From Trueperaceae bacterium (GTDB lineage: Bacteria > Deinococcota > Deinococci > Deinococcales > Trueperaceae), in assembly GCA_035703635.1 (NCBI GenBank), contig DASSXV010000005.1:1-64000 (forward strand): a stretch of DNA of 64,000 nucleotides, read 5' to 3'. The notes beneath the pieces are model-generated. The model made no database searches. It was not told the DNA's origin and saw nothing but the letters and a program-made list of their open reading frames with translations. The translations under genes were made by a program, and so were the position numbers. This document shows positions 9,215 through 19,062 of the stretch, piece by piece. Each line of letters begins with the position of its first letter. Within the stretch, counting starts at the first letter, position 1.

Positions 9215-9391
9215 GTGCCGCGCGTTCGCAACCTCGTGACCGACTTGGAGCACGACGTTCCAGCCGGTCACTACAGCCTCAAGCGCCCGGACTTGTTCAC
9301 CGTTCTGACCGACCCGGACCCTACCGACCCGGACCCTACCGACCCGGACCCTACCGAGGCTGAGCAGACCAAGAAGGCCAAGCGCCGCTGA
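9215..9391 (+). CDS. 58-aa peptide with (TDPDP)3 repeat, absent from the ORF track
   Basis: GTG 9215 to TGA 9391: MPRVRNLVTDLEHDVPAGHYSLKRPDLFTVLTDPDPTDPDPTDPDPTEAEQTKKAKRR; fills the gap exactly. Confidence 0.65.
   Translation: MPRVRNLVTDLEHDVPAGHYSLKRPDLFTVLTDPDPTDPDPTDPDPTEAEQTKKAKRR
9308..9357 (+). repeat. 15-bp perfect tandem repeat ACCGACCCGGACCCT x3 plus a partial copy
   Basis: Directly visible; in frame within the 58-aa ORF. Confidence 0.95.
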
Positions 9392-9402
9392 GGAGGTGAA
9401 GC

Positions 9403-9816
9403 GTGGCTCGAACGTACAACCTCACTCACCTCGCCTTGAACGACCCCACCAGCGCCGCCTGGGCGCTCGCGTACGTGCGGTTCGCGCTGCGCGACAAGCC
9501 CAACGAGGCGGCCGCCTACCCCATCGACAGCCTCAGCGATGAGGAGATCAACGCCGCATTCGCGGCGCAGGCTCTCGTCGACGACGGCGTAACCCCGAGC
9601 GTCGCGTACTACCCGGCGCATCGCGTGGCGGCCGGCCTGATCGAAGGCAACCCAACGTGGGTGCAGCGGTGGTCGAGTGCTGGCGTCAGCGAGGCGCTGA
9701 GGGACGCGGGCGAGACGGCTAAGGCCATCGTCAAGGCAGGCAGGTGGATAGACCGGGCAATCGGAAGGGCGTCCGATGGTCGGCTCACGGCCGGACAGTT
9801 GAGGCTCATCACGTGA
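9403..9816 (+). CDS. Head-tail connector protein
   Basis: YVRFALRD..LSDEEINA motif; position. Confidence 0.65.
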   Translation: MARTYNLTHLALNDPTSAAWALAYVRFALRDKPNEAAAYPIDSLSDEEINAAFAAQALVDDGVTPSVAYYPAHRVAAGLIEGNPTWVQRWSSAGVSEALRDAGETAKAIVKAGRWIDRAIGRASDGRLTAGQLRLIT

Positions 9817-10118
9817 ACCGCTACGCGCGGGTGCTCACACTGCAGACGGCCACCATCACAGACGACGGCCTGGGAGCGGTGACGACCTGGTCAGGCACCA
9901 CGCCCGTCACGGTCACGCTCCTGCCGGCCACACGCAGCACGCTCGAGCGCGCTCAACTCCTCGGCTTCACGGCCACGCACCAGTTGCTCGTCCCACGCGG
10001 CTTCGGACTGTCACCTGCCAAGCACCGGCTGCTGGATGGCGCGACCGTGTACGCGATTCGTGACGTTGAGACCGGCCCGCGGTACGACCGCATCCTCGTC
10101 GAGGTCGAGAAGCCGTGA
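9813..10118 (+). CDS. Head closure / head-tail adaptor
   Basis: GTGA-coupled start; DDGLGAVTTW, RLLDGATVYAIRDV; position. Confidence 0.65.
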   Translation: MNRYARVLTLQTATITDDGLGAVTTWSGTTPVTVTLLPATRSTLERAQLLGFTATHQLLVPRGFGLSPAKHRLLDGATVYAIRDVETGPRYDRILVEVEKP

Positions 10119-10531
10119 GCGTCCGCGATTCCGTCGTCATGCTCAACGGCAGGCTCGCGCGTGGCCTCAACGTCCGCGCAGAGGGCCTTCGCAGCGAGAT
10201 CTACAGCGCGCTCGAGCAGTCCCAGCACGGTCGCGGCCGGCACTACCCCGGCGACCCAAGGCGCAGCAGCGCCCCCGGCGACCCGCCAGCAAGGCAGACG
10301 GGTCGGCTACAGGAATCCATAGCGGTCCTGCAGCGCGCCACGCCGCAGCTCCTCGAGGCAGCCGTTGGTCCGCGCCCACAGGCGTTCACCCGCACCGCGC
10401 CTTACCCAGTGTTCCTCGAGTTCGGCACGCGCCGCATGGCACCGCGACCGTTCGTCAGGCGCGGCCTCACAGCGTTCCGCGCCAAGGTCAGGAACGTCAC
10501 CACCGCCAAGTGGGGAGAGGAGACTCCGTGA
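10115..10531 (+). CDS. HK97 gp10-like neck/tail component
   Basis: SAPGDPPARQTGRLQESI, FLEFGTRRMAPRPF. Confidence 0.85.
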   Translation: MSVRDSVVMLNGRLARGLNVRAEGLRSEIYSALEQSQHGRGRHYPGDPRRSSAPGDPPARQTGRLQESIAVLQRATPQLLEAAVGPRPQAFTRTAPYPVFLEFGTRRMAPRPFVRRGLTAFRAKVRNVTTAKWGEETP

Positions 10532-10908
10532 GCCTCAAGAGCGTCCTGACCGGGATTCGCACGAGCCTCAAGACCGCCACGAGCGTCCCTGTCGAGTTGC
10601 GAGACGAGCTGCCGCTAAAGGATGGCGCCTACCAACCACCGACCAGCGCACGGCACGTGATCATCGACCTGGTCAGCACCGATCCCCACCGCGGCCTAAC
10701 AGGCAGCGTCTACGAAGGCATCGACGTGCAAATCGGCGCGTGGAGCACTAAGGGTGTCACGGACGCCCTCGACCTAGCCGAGACGTGCCGCTCAACCCTC
10801 GCAGGCAACTACGTTCGCACCGGCCCCGTCGTCCTCACGAGGGACGAAGAGTGGCGCGGAGTGCTTTTCACCGTCTCGGACGCAGCCGCGTTCGACGACT
10901 TCCAGTAA
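10528..10908 (+). CDS. Putative tail terminator
   Basis: GTGA-coupled; about 126 aa; VQIGAWS; lies just before the tail tube gene. Confidence 0.6.
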   Translation: MSLKSVLTGIRTSLKTATSVPVELRDELPLKDGAYQPPTSARHVIIDLVSTDPHRGLTGSVYEGIDVQIGAWSTKGVTDALDLAETCRSTLAGNYVRTGPVVLTRDEEWRGVLFTVSDAAAFDDFQ

Positions 10909-10919
10909 GGAGACAAGTC

Positions 10920-11576
10920 ATGGCAGTAGGGGAACTCGTTACCCGCAAGGGCTTCGACCTTGCGGGCAAGATCAGAGCGCCGAAGATCACCATCGGCAGC
11001 GTCAGCGGCAACTTCGCGTACGGTGAGACCGTGACGGGCGGCACGAGCGGCGCCACCGGCACCGTCGCGTACGTCGCCGCCACGGAACTGCAACTCATCA
11101 ACGTCGCTGGGACCTTCCAGAACGCAGAGACGATCACTGGCGGCACCTCCGCGGCGACCGCCACCACCAGCGGCACGCCGTCCGTGAGCTGGACCACCGC
11201 CTGGTTGGACATCGCACGCGTCCGCGACACATTCACAGTCAACCGTCAACGCCCGGTCACGGAGATCGTCGACTTCTCCACCGGCGAGGAGGACTTCACC
11301 GACAAGATCGCCGGCAACCAGTCCGGCAACGCCTCGTTCACCATCAACCTCGTGCCCGGCGGCAAGTCCTTTCAGATGGCCGAGGCCGCGATGGACGCCA
11401 ACCTCGACATGGCAGTCCGCCGCGTCCAGAAGGACCGCACGGAGACGAACACCCGCACCCGGTACTACGTCGGTGTCGTCACGGGCTTCAATGAGACCGA
11501 CAGCGTCACGGACGCATCGACGGTCGCGGTCACGTACGAGATCAGCGACGTCAGCAAGACCGACCCGACCACCTAA
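10920..11576 (+). CDS. Major tail (tube) protein with an inserted Gly/Thr beta-domain
   Basis: AAGGAG RBS; tube-like C-half (EIVDFS..FTDKIAG..GNASFTINL); position. Confidence 0.75.
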   Translation: MAVGELVTRKGFDLAGKIRAPKITIGSVSGNFAYGETVTGGTSGATGTVAYVAATELQLINVAGTFQNAETITGGTSAATATTSGTPSVSWTTAWLDIARVRDTFTVNRQRPVTEIVDFSTGEEDFTDKIAGNQSGNASFTINLVPGGKSFQMAEAAMDANLDMAVRRVQKDRTETNTRTRYYVGVVTGFNETDSVTDASTVAVTYEISDVSKTDPTT

Positions 11577-11577
11577 C

Positions 11578-11835
11578 GTGTTCGCGGCCGCCTGGCTCCC
11601 CGGCCAGAAGAGGGGCGAGGTGCCGGCGGTGCAAGCCGTCGGCGCTCACCTCACGCCCACCGGGGTGCACTGTTGGCTCCTGCACGCCGCCCGCAACCGC
11701 AGCCGCGCCAAGACCCTCGTCCTGCACCTGTACGACGACGACGGGCAAGTGGCGAAGCGCGTGCGCGTCAAATGGCCCCGCCTCAGCGACGGGGAATGGA
11801 GGGACATCAACCTTGAGTACCAAGAGAAAGCCTGA
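11578..11835 (+). CDS. Small phage hypothetical protein (85 aa)
   Basis: GTG one base after the tube stop; overlaps the start of the chaperone. Confidence 0.5.
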   Translation: MFAAAWLPGQKRGEVPAVQAVGAHLTPTGVHCWLLHAARNRSRAKTLVLHLYDDDGQVAKRVRVKWPRLSDGEWRDINLEYQEKA

Positions 11836-12226
11836 AGCGCGGCCGCCGTCCATGGTGACCGTGTTCGATATCACCATCCCCGCGCACGACTATCTGACCG
11901 CCTGGGAGCTCGAACGCATCGAACTCCTCGCCGCGCAGCAACCGGAGTCCGCCACCCGGCACGACCTGGAAGTCCTCGCGGTGTTCATCGAAAGCCGCAC
12001 TGGCGAGCATCCCGACCTCGACAAACTTGAGCGCCTGCCCATCCACGCGGACGAGCTCACCAAGGCCGTCGAGGTCCTCGTTGCCCCTTTCGTCACTTGG
12101 CAGCTCGAGCGCGTGAGGCGGCGGCACGAGCGAGCCATGCGCCTCCTAACGCCCGCGCAGAGGATCGCAGCGTTGCAAGCGGAGCTGGCAGAACTGCTGC
12201 CATCCGCGAACGGCACGCCCAACTAA
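11813..12226 (+). CDS. Tail assembly chaperone (gpG-like)
   Basis: Between the tube and tape measure genes; GGAGG RBS. Confidence 0.7.
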   Translation: MSTKRKPEARPPSMVTVFDITIPAHDYLTAWELERIELLAAQQPESATRHDLEVLAVFIESRTGEHPDLDKLERLPIHADELTKAVEVLVAPFVTWQLERVRRRHERAMRLLTPAQRIAALQAELAELLPSANGTPN

Positions 12227-12555
12227 GGGCCCTCGCCTGGCACCACTGGCCGCACCTGGGCACCGAATGGCGTCGCATCCCGCTCGAGGATGTCCTTGAC
12301 TTGATCGAGCACGGCCTGCCGCAGCTCGAGCAGCGGCGGCACGTTCCGCTCGCGCAACTGACGGACCTCGTCGCCCGCGCCATCTGGCCGAAAGACCGCG
12401 AGCCGCTCCCGTGGCAGGACTGGCTGCCGCCTTACGCGCGCGACGAGCACTCGCACCCCGTTCCCGCCTGGGTTCGGCGCGACCTGAAGGTCGGACTCCG
12501 ACTGGGGCTCATCTCGCAGGACCTGTACGACACCGTGAAGCAACTCAGCAGTTGA
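12220..12555 (+). CDS. gpT-like -1 frame extension of the tail chaperone
   Basis: The -1 frame is open from at least 12085 to 12555 and reads as protein-like (LRALAWHHWPH...) from the gpG stop onward; no obvious own RBS or start. Confidence 0.6.
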   Translation, partial: QLRALAWHHWPHLGTEWRRIPLEDVLDLIEHGLPQLEQRRHVPLAQLTDLVARAIWPKDREPLPWQDWLPPYARDEHSHPVPAWVRRDLKVGLRLGLISQDLYDTVKQLSS

Positions 12556-12570
12556 GAGGGAGGTGCGCTT

Positions 12571-15525
12571 GTGGCTAGCACGCTCGAGACGCTCGTGATC
12601 AAGCTCACGGCCGATGCTCGCCTCCTCGAGGCCGAGCTTGACAAGCAAGTCACCAAGGCCGAACGTTCCGGAAAACGCATCGAAAGCGCATTCAGTTCCG
12701 GCCTGAAGTTCGCTGGCGCCATCGGCATCGCCGCGACCGGCCTGGCGACCGGCCTGACTGCGGCCGCGCAACGCGCCGCCACCTACGCCGACGAGATCGA
12801 CCAGGCTGCCATCAAGACGCGCCTGGCACGCTCCACCGTCCAAGAACTACGGTACGCGACGGACCAGGCAGGCGGCAGTTGGGCCGCCGTTGAGAGCAAC
12901 GTGCGGGCGTTCACCGGCCGCATTGTCGAACTTGAGCGCGGCAGCGATCGCGCCGCAGCCACGTTCGCAGGCATCGGCGTCAGCGCCTACGACACCGGCG
13001 GTAAGCTCCGCGCCACCGAGGACGTGCTGCTAGACACGCTGCATGCCCTCGCAGGCATCAAGAACGAGAGCGAGCGCGCAGCACGAACCGTTGAAGTGTT
13101 CGGGCAGTCCGGCACGGACCTGCTGCCGCTCCTATCCGTCGGCGCCTCGGGTATTGAAGAGTTGCGCTCGAAGGCCCACGAGCTTGGCCTGGTACTGGAC
13201 GACCAGAGCATCGGAGCCCTCGTCACGTACAAGTCGGAGATCAGCCGCGTTCAGCAGCAGGTTGGTGCGCTCGGTCGTGAGTTCACCGTGGCACTCATGC
13301 CGATCCTGACAGGCGGCGTCCTGCCCGCCCTGCAGTCGGGCCTTGACCTGTTCCGCGCCTTACCGCAGCCCGTCAAGGAGTTCGGCGCCGTCACGGGGAC
13401 GGCCGCTGTCGGAGTCGGCGCCCTCGCAGCAGCGTTGAGGCTCGTGGGCATCTCCGCCGCGCCGCTTCTCGGACCAGCCGGGATGTTCCTCGTCGCAGCA
13501 GCTGGCCTGGGGTACCTGGTCACCAAGTTCGTCGAGGCGGACGGGCCGCTGAAGGAGCACAAGACTCACATCGATGAACTCCGGCAGGCGTACGAGGAGT
13601 ACCGCGGTGAGATCAACGTCACGACGGACGCCGAGCGCGAGGGTGCCATCGCGCGGCTGCAGACCATCCGCAGCGAGATGCTCGAGCGAGTCAGGCTCCT
13701 GCGCGAGTTGGCGAACGAGCAGAAGCAGAGCGTGCAGGGTTTCCTGAACAGCCCAATCGGGAAGTTCCTCATGCCGGGATTCCTCAACGTGGAGGCGTCC
13801 GCGGGTTACGGGACGCTCGCTGAGATCGACAAGCTCGAGGGCACCATCGCGAGTCTCGGGAGTGACATCAAGGCGCTGCAGAGCGGCGCGACGGGCTTCG
13901 GGCCGGGCGTGACGCCGCCACCGCCGGGCGTGACGCCTCCGCCGGCCGGCACGACCGGCAGCGGTAGTGGTCGAGCAGTTGTGCGCACGTGGCAGATGGT
14001 CCTGGACGATCTCGACAGGGCTGGCACGGAAGCGATGCGCCGCGCGGCGTTCGAGGGCACGGACGAGGCGTTCCGCGAGGCGGCCCGGAAACGCGTCACT
14101 CTCATCGACAACGCGATCACTGAGGCGTTGACGACGTTCTACGGGCAGGTGAGCCCGCAGGAACTGGGGGCGTTAGCTGCCCGTCGCGCCCGGGCTGAAC
14201 ACGAGGCGCGCATCCCGGTCGCCGGAGGCACTCCGCCAGACCCCGCTGGTGTCGCGGCCCTGAAGGCGCAGGCGGACGCCATCATGGCGGACACTCTCCA
14301 AGCGAACCGTGACGCGCGTCTCCAAGAACTCAGGGAGACGCTGGCGCAGAACAGCGCCTTGCGCCAACAGGCGCTGGCCATCATGGCGGACACGAGCCAG
14401 GCGCAGGCTGACGCTCGCGCGGCCGAGGAAGCGCAACGCGCCTACATCGACTCCTTGGCTGATAGCGGCGGCGAACTTGGCCGGTGGTTGGCCACCGCTA
14501 ACAACCTGACGGCGACCATCAAGTCTGCGAATGACGAGACGGCGCGCATGGGCGTGTTCGCTGACGCCCTGGCCAAGTACGGCTCGGGTCGAGCTGGTCT
14601 CGCTGGCACTAGCGCCGCCGACCGCGGCAGCCTGCCATCACTCACCAGCCGTGGCGCCGCCGCCGACCTAGCCCGCGATACCGTCCTTGCCGTCGTCGAC
14701 GCGTACCACGCTGGCGCCGCGACACTGGACGACGTTCGCGTGGCGGTCGAGGCGTGGACGAGCATCACTCCCCAGACCGTCAAGGCGATCAATGACCTCA
14801 CGGGCGGCATCCTGCAGTTGGCCATCGAGGCTGAACGCGCGAAGCAGCAGGCCGCGGCGCTGGCCGAGTTCGAGAGCAACCCGGGACTGTACGGCCTGCG
14901 AGACGTGCCGGGCGTCAAGGACTACTCTGCCGGCAAGGCAGTCGAGGCGCGGGACGCTTGGCGCGCCCCGGGCGACATCACGGGCGGTGTGAGGCGCAGC
15001 ACCATCATCACGCGGGAGGAGGCAGAGGCGGCGCTCAGGGCTCAAGAGGCGTCAGCTGATAGGTTCGCGAGCACGGTTGTGTCGGCCGGCGCTACGTTCG
15101 CATCGGACCTCGTCTCAGCCATCCGCGACGGTGATGTCGGCGCGGCGTTCAAGTCCGCCCTGGGCTTCGGGCAGTCCGTCGTCGGCGCCGCCGACTTGGG
15201 TAGCCTGCCGTTCCTCGGCGGGAGCATCGGCATCGGCGCGTTGCTCAGCGTCGGCCTGGGTCTCATCGGCAGCCTGATCGGCGCGATCGCAGGCGGCGGG
15301 AACAGCAAGGCGAGCGACGCAACGAACGCCATCAACCGCGGCTCCGTGCCGGCCATCAACCTGAACTTCGTCGTGAACCAGTCGAACGTCTACAACGGCG
15401 CTCCAAGCGACCCTGCGAACGAGCAGGCGTTCGCGCGGCAGGCAGACGCATTGTTCGAGAGCATCTATCGTCGCTACCTAGAGGACCGCTTCCGTCGCCT
15501 CGAGGTGCGAGTGGGCATCGCATGA
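12571..15525 (+). CDS. Tape measure protein
   Basis: 984 aa, Ala-rich helical; N-terminal LETLVIKLTAD; hydrophobic segments; long single gene implies a non-contractile tail. Confidence 0.92.
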   Translation: MASTLETLVIKLTADARLLEAELDKQVTKAERSGKRIESAFSSGLKFAGAIGIAATGLATGLTAAAQRAATYADEIDQAAIKTRLARSTVQELRYATDQAGGSWAAVESNVRAFTGRIVELERGSDRAAATFAGIGVSAYDTGGKLRATEDVLLDTLHALAGIKNESERAARTVEVFGQSGTDLLPLLSVGASGIEELRSKAHELGLVLDDQSIGALVTYKSEISRVQQQVGALGREFTVALMPILTGGVLPALQSGLDLFRALPQPVKEFGAVTGTAAVGVGALAAALRLVGISAAPLLGPAGMFLVAAAGLGYLVTKFVEADGPLKEHKTHIDELRQAYEEYRGEINVTTDAEREGAIARLQTIRSEMLERVRLLRELANEQKQSVQGFLNSPIGKFLMPGFLNVEASAGYGTLAEIDKLEGTIASLGSDIKALQSGATGFGPGVTPPPPGVTPPPAGTTGSGSGRAVVRTWQMVLDDLDRAGTEAMRRAAFEGTDEAFREAARKRVTLIDNAITEALTTFYGQVSPQELGALAARRARAEHEARIPVAGGTPPDPAGVAALKAQADAIMADTLQANRDARLQELRETLAQNSALRQQALAIMADTSQAQADARAAEEAQRAYIDSLADSGGELGRWLATANNLTATIKSANDETARMGVFADALAKYGSGRAGLAGTSAADRGSLPSLTSRGAAADLARDTVLAVVDAYHAGAATLDDVRVAVEAWTSITPQTVKAINDLTGGILQLAIEAERAKQQAAALAEFESNPGLYGLRDVPGVKDYSAGKAVEARDAWRAPGDITGGVRRSTIITREEAEAALRAQEASADRFASTVVSAGATFASDLVSAIRDGDVGAAFKSALGFGQSVVGAADLGSLPFLGGSIGIGALLSVGLGLIGSLIGAIAGGGNSKASDATNAINRGSVPAINLNFVVNQSNVYNGAPSDPANEQAFARQADALFESIYRRYLEDRFRRLEVRVGIA

Positions 15526-15965
15526 GCACGACCGTCACGTTCACTAGTCCCATCAGCCCGACGGCGTTCACGGGCTTCACGCTTCAAAGCGCGGACCGGC
15601 AGGCGCTCGAGGTGTTGCGCGACGAAGGCCAAGTGCGGTACGGGTTCTCGTTCATCGGCAATAACCTGAAGGCCAGCTACGAGAAGCTCGCGCCCATCGC
15701 CGTCGTGAACCTCCTCAATGGTGCCCCCAGCATGACCCTCGATGGTCATCTGGTCGCGGCAGCCATCGGCCAGGGCGCCCTGGTGCAGGTCGCCGTTACC
15801 GGCGGCCCCACGCGAGTGGGGATCATCACGAATCTCGTCTGGCAGGTGGGCCGCGGCGGGGGGTTCGGGCAGCGCCTCGACTTCGTGCTCCACCGCTGCC
15901 ACCGACTACACGTCCGGAGCGGCGGCACCGTCACCACCAGCACAGACCCAGCGGTGAGCGGCTGA
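15522..15965 (+). CDS. Putative distal tail protein
   Basis: ATGA-coupled after the tape measure; beta-rich. Confidence 0.55.
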   Translation: MSTTVTFTSPISPTAFTGFTLQSADRQALEVLRDEGQVRYGFSFIGNNLKASYEKLAPIAVVNLLNGAPSMTLDGHLVAAAIGQGALVQVAVTGGPTRVGIITNLVWQVGRGGGFGQRLDFVLHRCHRLHVRSGGTVTTSTDPAVSG

Positions 15966-18265
15966 TGGCCGAGTACGTAGGGGGCACCAGCAACAGCTTC
16001 GGCAGCGGAACGACCATGACGCTCATCGCCCCAGGCGCTGTGCAGCCGGGCGACAAACTGTACCTGTTCGCCGCGGGACGCTCTTCGGACGCGCCGCCGG
16101 TGTGGAGTGACCCGCTCGGATGGGCGCGCGTAGACGGGAGCCTCCAGGTCCCGACCGTCACCCGTGGCGCGGCGTGGGAGCGCACCGCGCAGGCGGGCGA
16201 CGCGCTGGCTGCGGTCACTGTCGGCGCGGACCGGGGCCTCACCGCCGCCGTCGGCGTCCTGGTGGCGTTCCGCGGATACGACATGACCGTCGGCCAGTGG
16301 TTCTTCGGCGAGCAGGCACCGGTCGTCGTGCCAGTGGAGCTGGCGCCGGGCGACCTCTTCGCGGCGTTCGCGTTCTCCGCGAACAACGCGACCTCCGGCC
16401 CTCTCGACACCGACGGAGTGTTCCCGCGGCTGTTCCACCCCACCAGGGGCTTCAACCCCACCCTGCACGGCGCGTTCCTCTCCGGCCTCGCGCCGACGCC
16501 GCTCACCCAGGTGACGATCGGCCACGACATCGGCACGACATGGGCCAGCATCGGCGTGTTCGCCGTGTCGGGCGTCCCCGCCCAGAGCGCTCCGCGCATC
16601 CGCAGCAGCGTCAGTGAGGACGCGGGGAGTTTGTTTCAGGCGACTCAGGCAGCGGCCGTGGAGTTGGGCTTATCGGAAGCGTTCGAGTACGGCGCAGACA
16701 TTCCGGCTGGTCGGTTGCGGTCTTTCAGTGAGGCGCTGACCCCGGACGCAACGGCGGTCAGTTATTACCCGTTGCCGACGCGCAATCAGGAGATGCTCAC
16801 CACGGTCGAGGGCGAGACGAACCTCGGTCGGCTGGCCGGCGTCTACCCGAGCGGCATCATGGTTCCCGCCACGAGCATCCCCGGCGCGGTCGGGGGCGTC
16901 GTGACGGCGCAGCAGGCCATCCAGTACGTCACGGCTCAGTGGGCGAGCGCGCACCCCTGGCTGTCGTTCGCGCCGATTCCCGACTTGCGGTTGATGGTGC
17001 CTAGCGCCGTCGCCGCGCCCAGGCAACACTACTTGGATAACCCCGGTGACGGCGTGCTCACCACGGCGGCGGTCGTGATTCCGCAGGAGGGCAACGAGCG
17101 CCGCTCGATGCGCGAAATCCTCGACGAGTGGCTCGCGATTTTCCCCGGAACCATCGTCAGGCAGACGAGCACCGGAGTGATTGAGTTGGTGCCGCGCGTG
17201 GGGCCGGACGCACCCAGCGGGGCAGCCGTGACGCTCACGTGGGGCGACCTCACCGGCATCAGCGATGGCGAGGACGACCCGAGCGGCGTCACGAACAGGT
17301 GCCGCGTCACCAGCCAAGGATGGGAGTTCACGGACAACCAAACACTCAGGCCACCGGCGTTCGTCGTGTCAATCGGCGGGTTAGGCATCGACCGCAGCGT
17401 CCTGGATGGCGAGGCGGTCATCCCGGACGACGCGGAGGAGTTCCAGCCGTGGCGCACGATCCCGTTCACGGTGTTGGTTGACGGCGGGAACAACGTGACG
17501 GTGAACGTCGGCGTCACGGCGTTCGGGTCGTGGAACCGCGCGGCCGCCACCTCGTTCAGCGTGGAGGGCACCGCGTTCCCGAGCGTGACGTTGGCGGTAG
17601 GGCAGTCGGCGGAGGTAAGCATCACGCATACGAGCCGTGCTCTGAGTGTCACGGCCACGTGGCGACTCATGCGCGTGACGAGCGTCGCCATTGATGTCGT
17701 GCCAGTCACCGTTCCGAGTTACGCGGAGAACCCTCTGGGCCGCACTTACCTGGCGTATCTCCTGGAGTTCGACATCATTGGCACCGCCTGGGTGCGCTCG
17801 AACGAGAGCGTTACGAGCGAGTTCGGGCAGGACGGCGTGGGCATCCCGGCTGATGGCGGCGGTGACGCCATTGCTGACAGTCGCGCTCAGTACGGTGAGC
17901 GCCTCGCGCAGTTGCAGAGCAACATCTTCCAACTGACGCCCGAACAGGCGCAGGCGGCCGCGCAGTCCTACGTCTTGTGGAACGTCAATCCGCGCACCAT
18001 CCGCGACGTGCAGCAGTCGGAATGGAACAAGTTCCCGGTGCGGTTCGACCACATCGGCAGGCTCGTGGATTTGCCGACGGGCGAGAGGGCGGTCATCGAG
18101 AACCGCAGTTATAGCGATTCGTTCAGCAGTACGAGCGGGATGATGCGAAGCACCTTCTCGGCGAGCGTTACGGAGGTCGTTATCGACACGGACACTCACT
18201 GGCTCCTACTAGACGACGGTGACTGGTTCCAACTCGACTCAGGCGAGATGGTGGAGGAAAGCTGA
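15965..18265 (+). CDS. Tail tip / baseplate hub protein with an N-terminal beta-sandwich
   Basis: 766 aa; VTNRCRV and DSRAQYGER hub-like motifs; TGATG coupling. Confidence 0.7.
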   Translation: MAEYVGGTSNSFGSGTTMTLIAPGAVQPGDKLYLFAAGRSSDAPPVWSDPLGWARVDGSLQVPTVTRGAAWERTAQAGDALAAVTVGADRGLTAAVGVLVAFRGYDMTVGQWFFGEQAPVVVPVELAPGDLFAAFAFSANNATSGPLDTDGVFPRLFHPTRGFNPTLHGAFLSGLAPTPLTQVTIGHDIGTTWASIGVFAVSGVPAQSAPRIRSSVSEDAGSLFQATQAAAVELGLSEAFEYGADIPAGRLRSFSEALTPDATAVSYYPLPTRNQEMLTTVEGETNLGRLAGVYPSGIMVPATSIPGAVGGVVTAQQAIQYVTAQWASAHPWLSFAPIPDLRLMVPSAVAAPRQHYLDNPGDGVLTTAAVVIPQEGNERRSMREILDEWLAIFPGTIVRQTSTGVIELVPRVGPDAPSGAAVTLTWGDLTGISDGEDDPSGVTNRCRVTSQGWEFTDNQTLRPPAFVVSIGGLGIDRSVLDGEAVIPDDAEEFQPWRTIPFTVLVDGGNNVTVNVGVTAFGSWNRAAATSFSVEGTAFPSVTLAVGQSAEVSITHTSRALSVTATWRLMRVTSVAIDVVPVTVPSYAENPLGRTYLAYLLEFDIIGTAWVRSNESVTSEFGQDGVGIPADGGGDAIADSRAQYGERLAQLQSNIFQLTPEQAQAAAQSYVLWNVNPRTIRDVQQSEWNKFPVRFDHIGRLVDLPTGERAVIENRSYSDSFSSTSGMMRSTFSASVTEVVIDTDTHWLLLDDGDWFQLDSGEMVEES

Positions 18266-19062
18266 TGGCTAAGTGGACAAGCAAACCGATAGCAACCACC
18301 TTCGCCGACAACGACGTCGTGCTCCTCGCGGACGTTAGTGAACCCGCCGGCACGCAAGATCGACGCGCGACCCTCGCCGCGCTCCGAACGTTCTTGGGCG
18401 CGGGCATCACGGTCGGTGTGACTCAAGCAAGCCACGGCCTGTCCGTGGGCGACGTCGTCCGGTTCGATGGCACCAGTTACGTGCAGGCTACCGCCGACAC
18501 CGCCGGAAACGCGGAGGCCGTCGGAGTCGTGACCGCCGTGCCCGATAGCGGTACGTTCGCGTACCAGACGGCAGGCGTCGCCTCGACGCTCTCAGGCCTG
18601 ACGCCGGGCGAGCTGTACCACCTCAAAGACGATGGTTCGCTGGGCACCTCGGCTGGCACGGTGGACAAGCCCGTCCTCATCGCCACCAGCGCCACGACAG
18701 CCGTGCTCATCCTCGCCATCAGCGGCGCAGGCGGCGGCGGCTCCGACCCGACGCGTATCCCGAAACTTGCTGTAGTCCGCGCCTACGGTACAAGCGCCAG
18801 CCTCGACGAGGACGACGACCTCGCCGCGTACGTACGCGTCACGGCCGCGGCTACCATCACCCTCCCCGATGGTTTCCCGGCCGGTTGGCAGTGCGTGCTC
18901 GTGAACGCCACCGACAGCGACACGGTCGAGCTGGACGCCGCAACGACCCTCACCCTGCCTGCAGGTTTCGAGCCGGAGATCCAGAACCGCCGCGCAGTCA
19001 CCGTCATCCACGTCGGCAGCAACGTGTGGGAGGCGCACGGCGCCTTAGTGGAGACCCCCTAG
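18265..19062 (+). CDS. Tail fibre-like protein
   Basis: HGLSVGDVVRFDG..LSGLTPGELY module, GGGGG hinge, C-terminal ITLP..VGSNVWEAHGAL. Confidence 0.7.
   Translation: MAKWTSKPIATTFADNDVVLLADVSEPAGTQDRRATLAALRTFLGAGITVGVTQASHGLSVGDVVRFDGTSYVQATADTAGNAEAVGVVTAVPDSGTFAYQTAGVASTLSGLTPGELYHLKDDGSLGTSAGTVDKPVLIATSATTAVLILAISGAGGGGSDPTRIPKLAVVRAYGTSASLDEDDDLAAYVRVTAAATITLPDGFPAGWQCVLVNATDSDTVELDAATTLTLPAGFEPEIQNRRAVTVIHVGSNVWEAHGALVETP

Noticed and set aside
9308-9357. Tandem repeat as a CRISPR array
   Set aside because: No spacers, 15-bp unit, in coding frame, no cas genes in the window.
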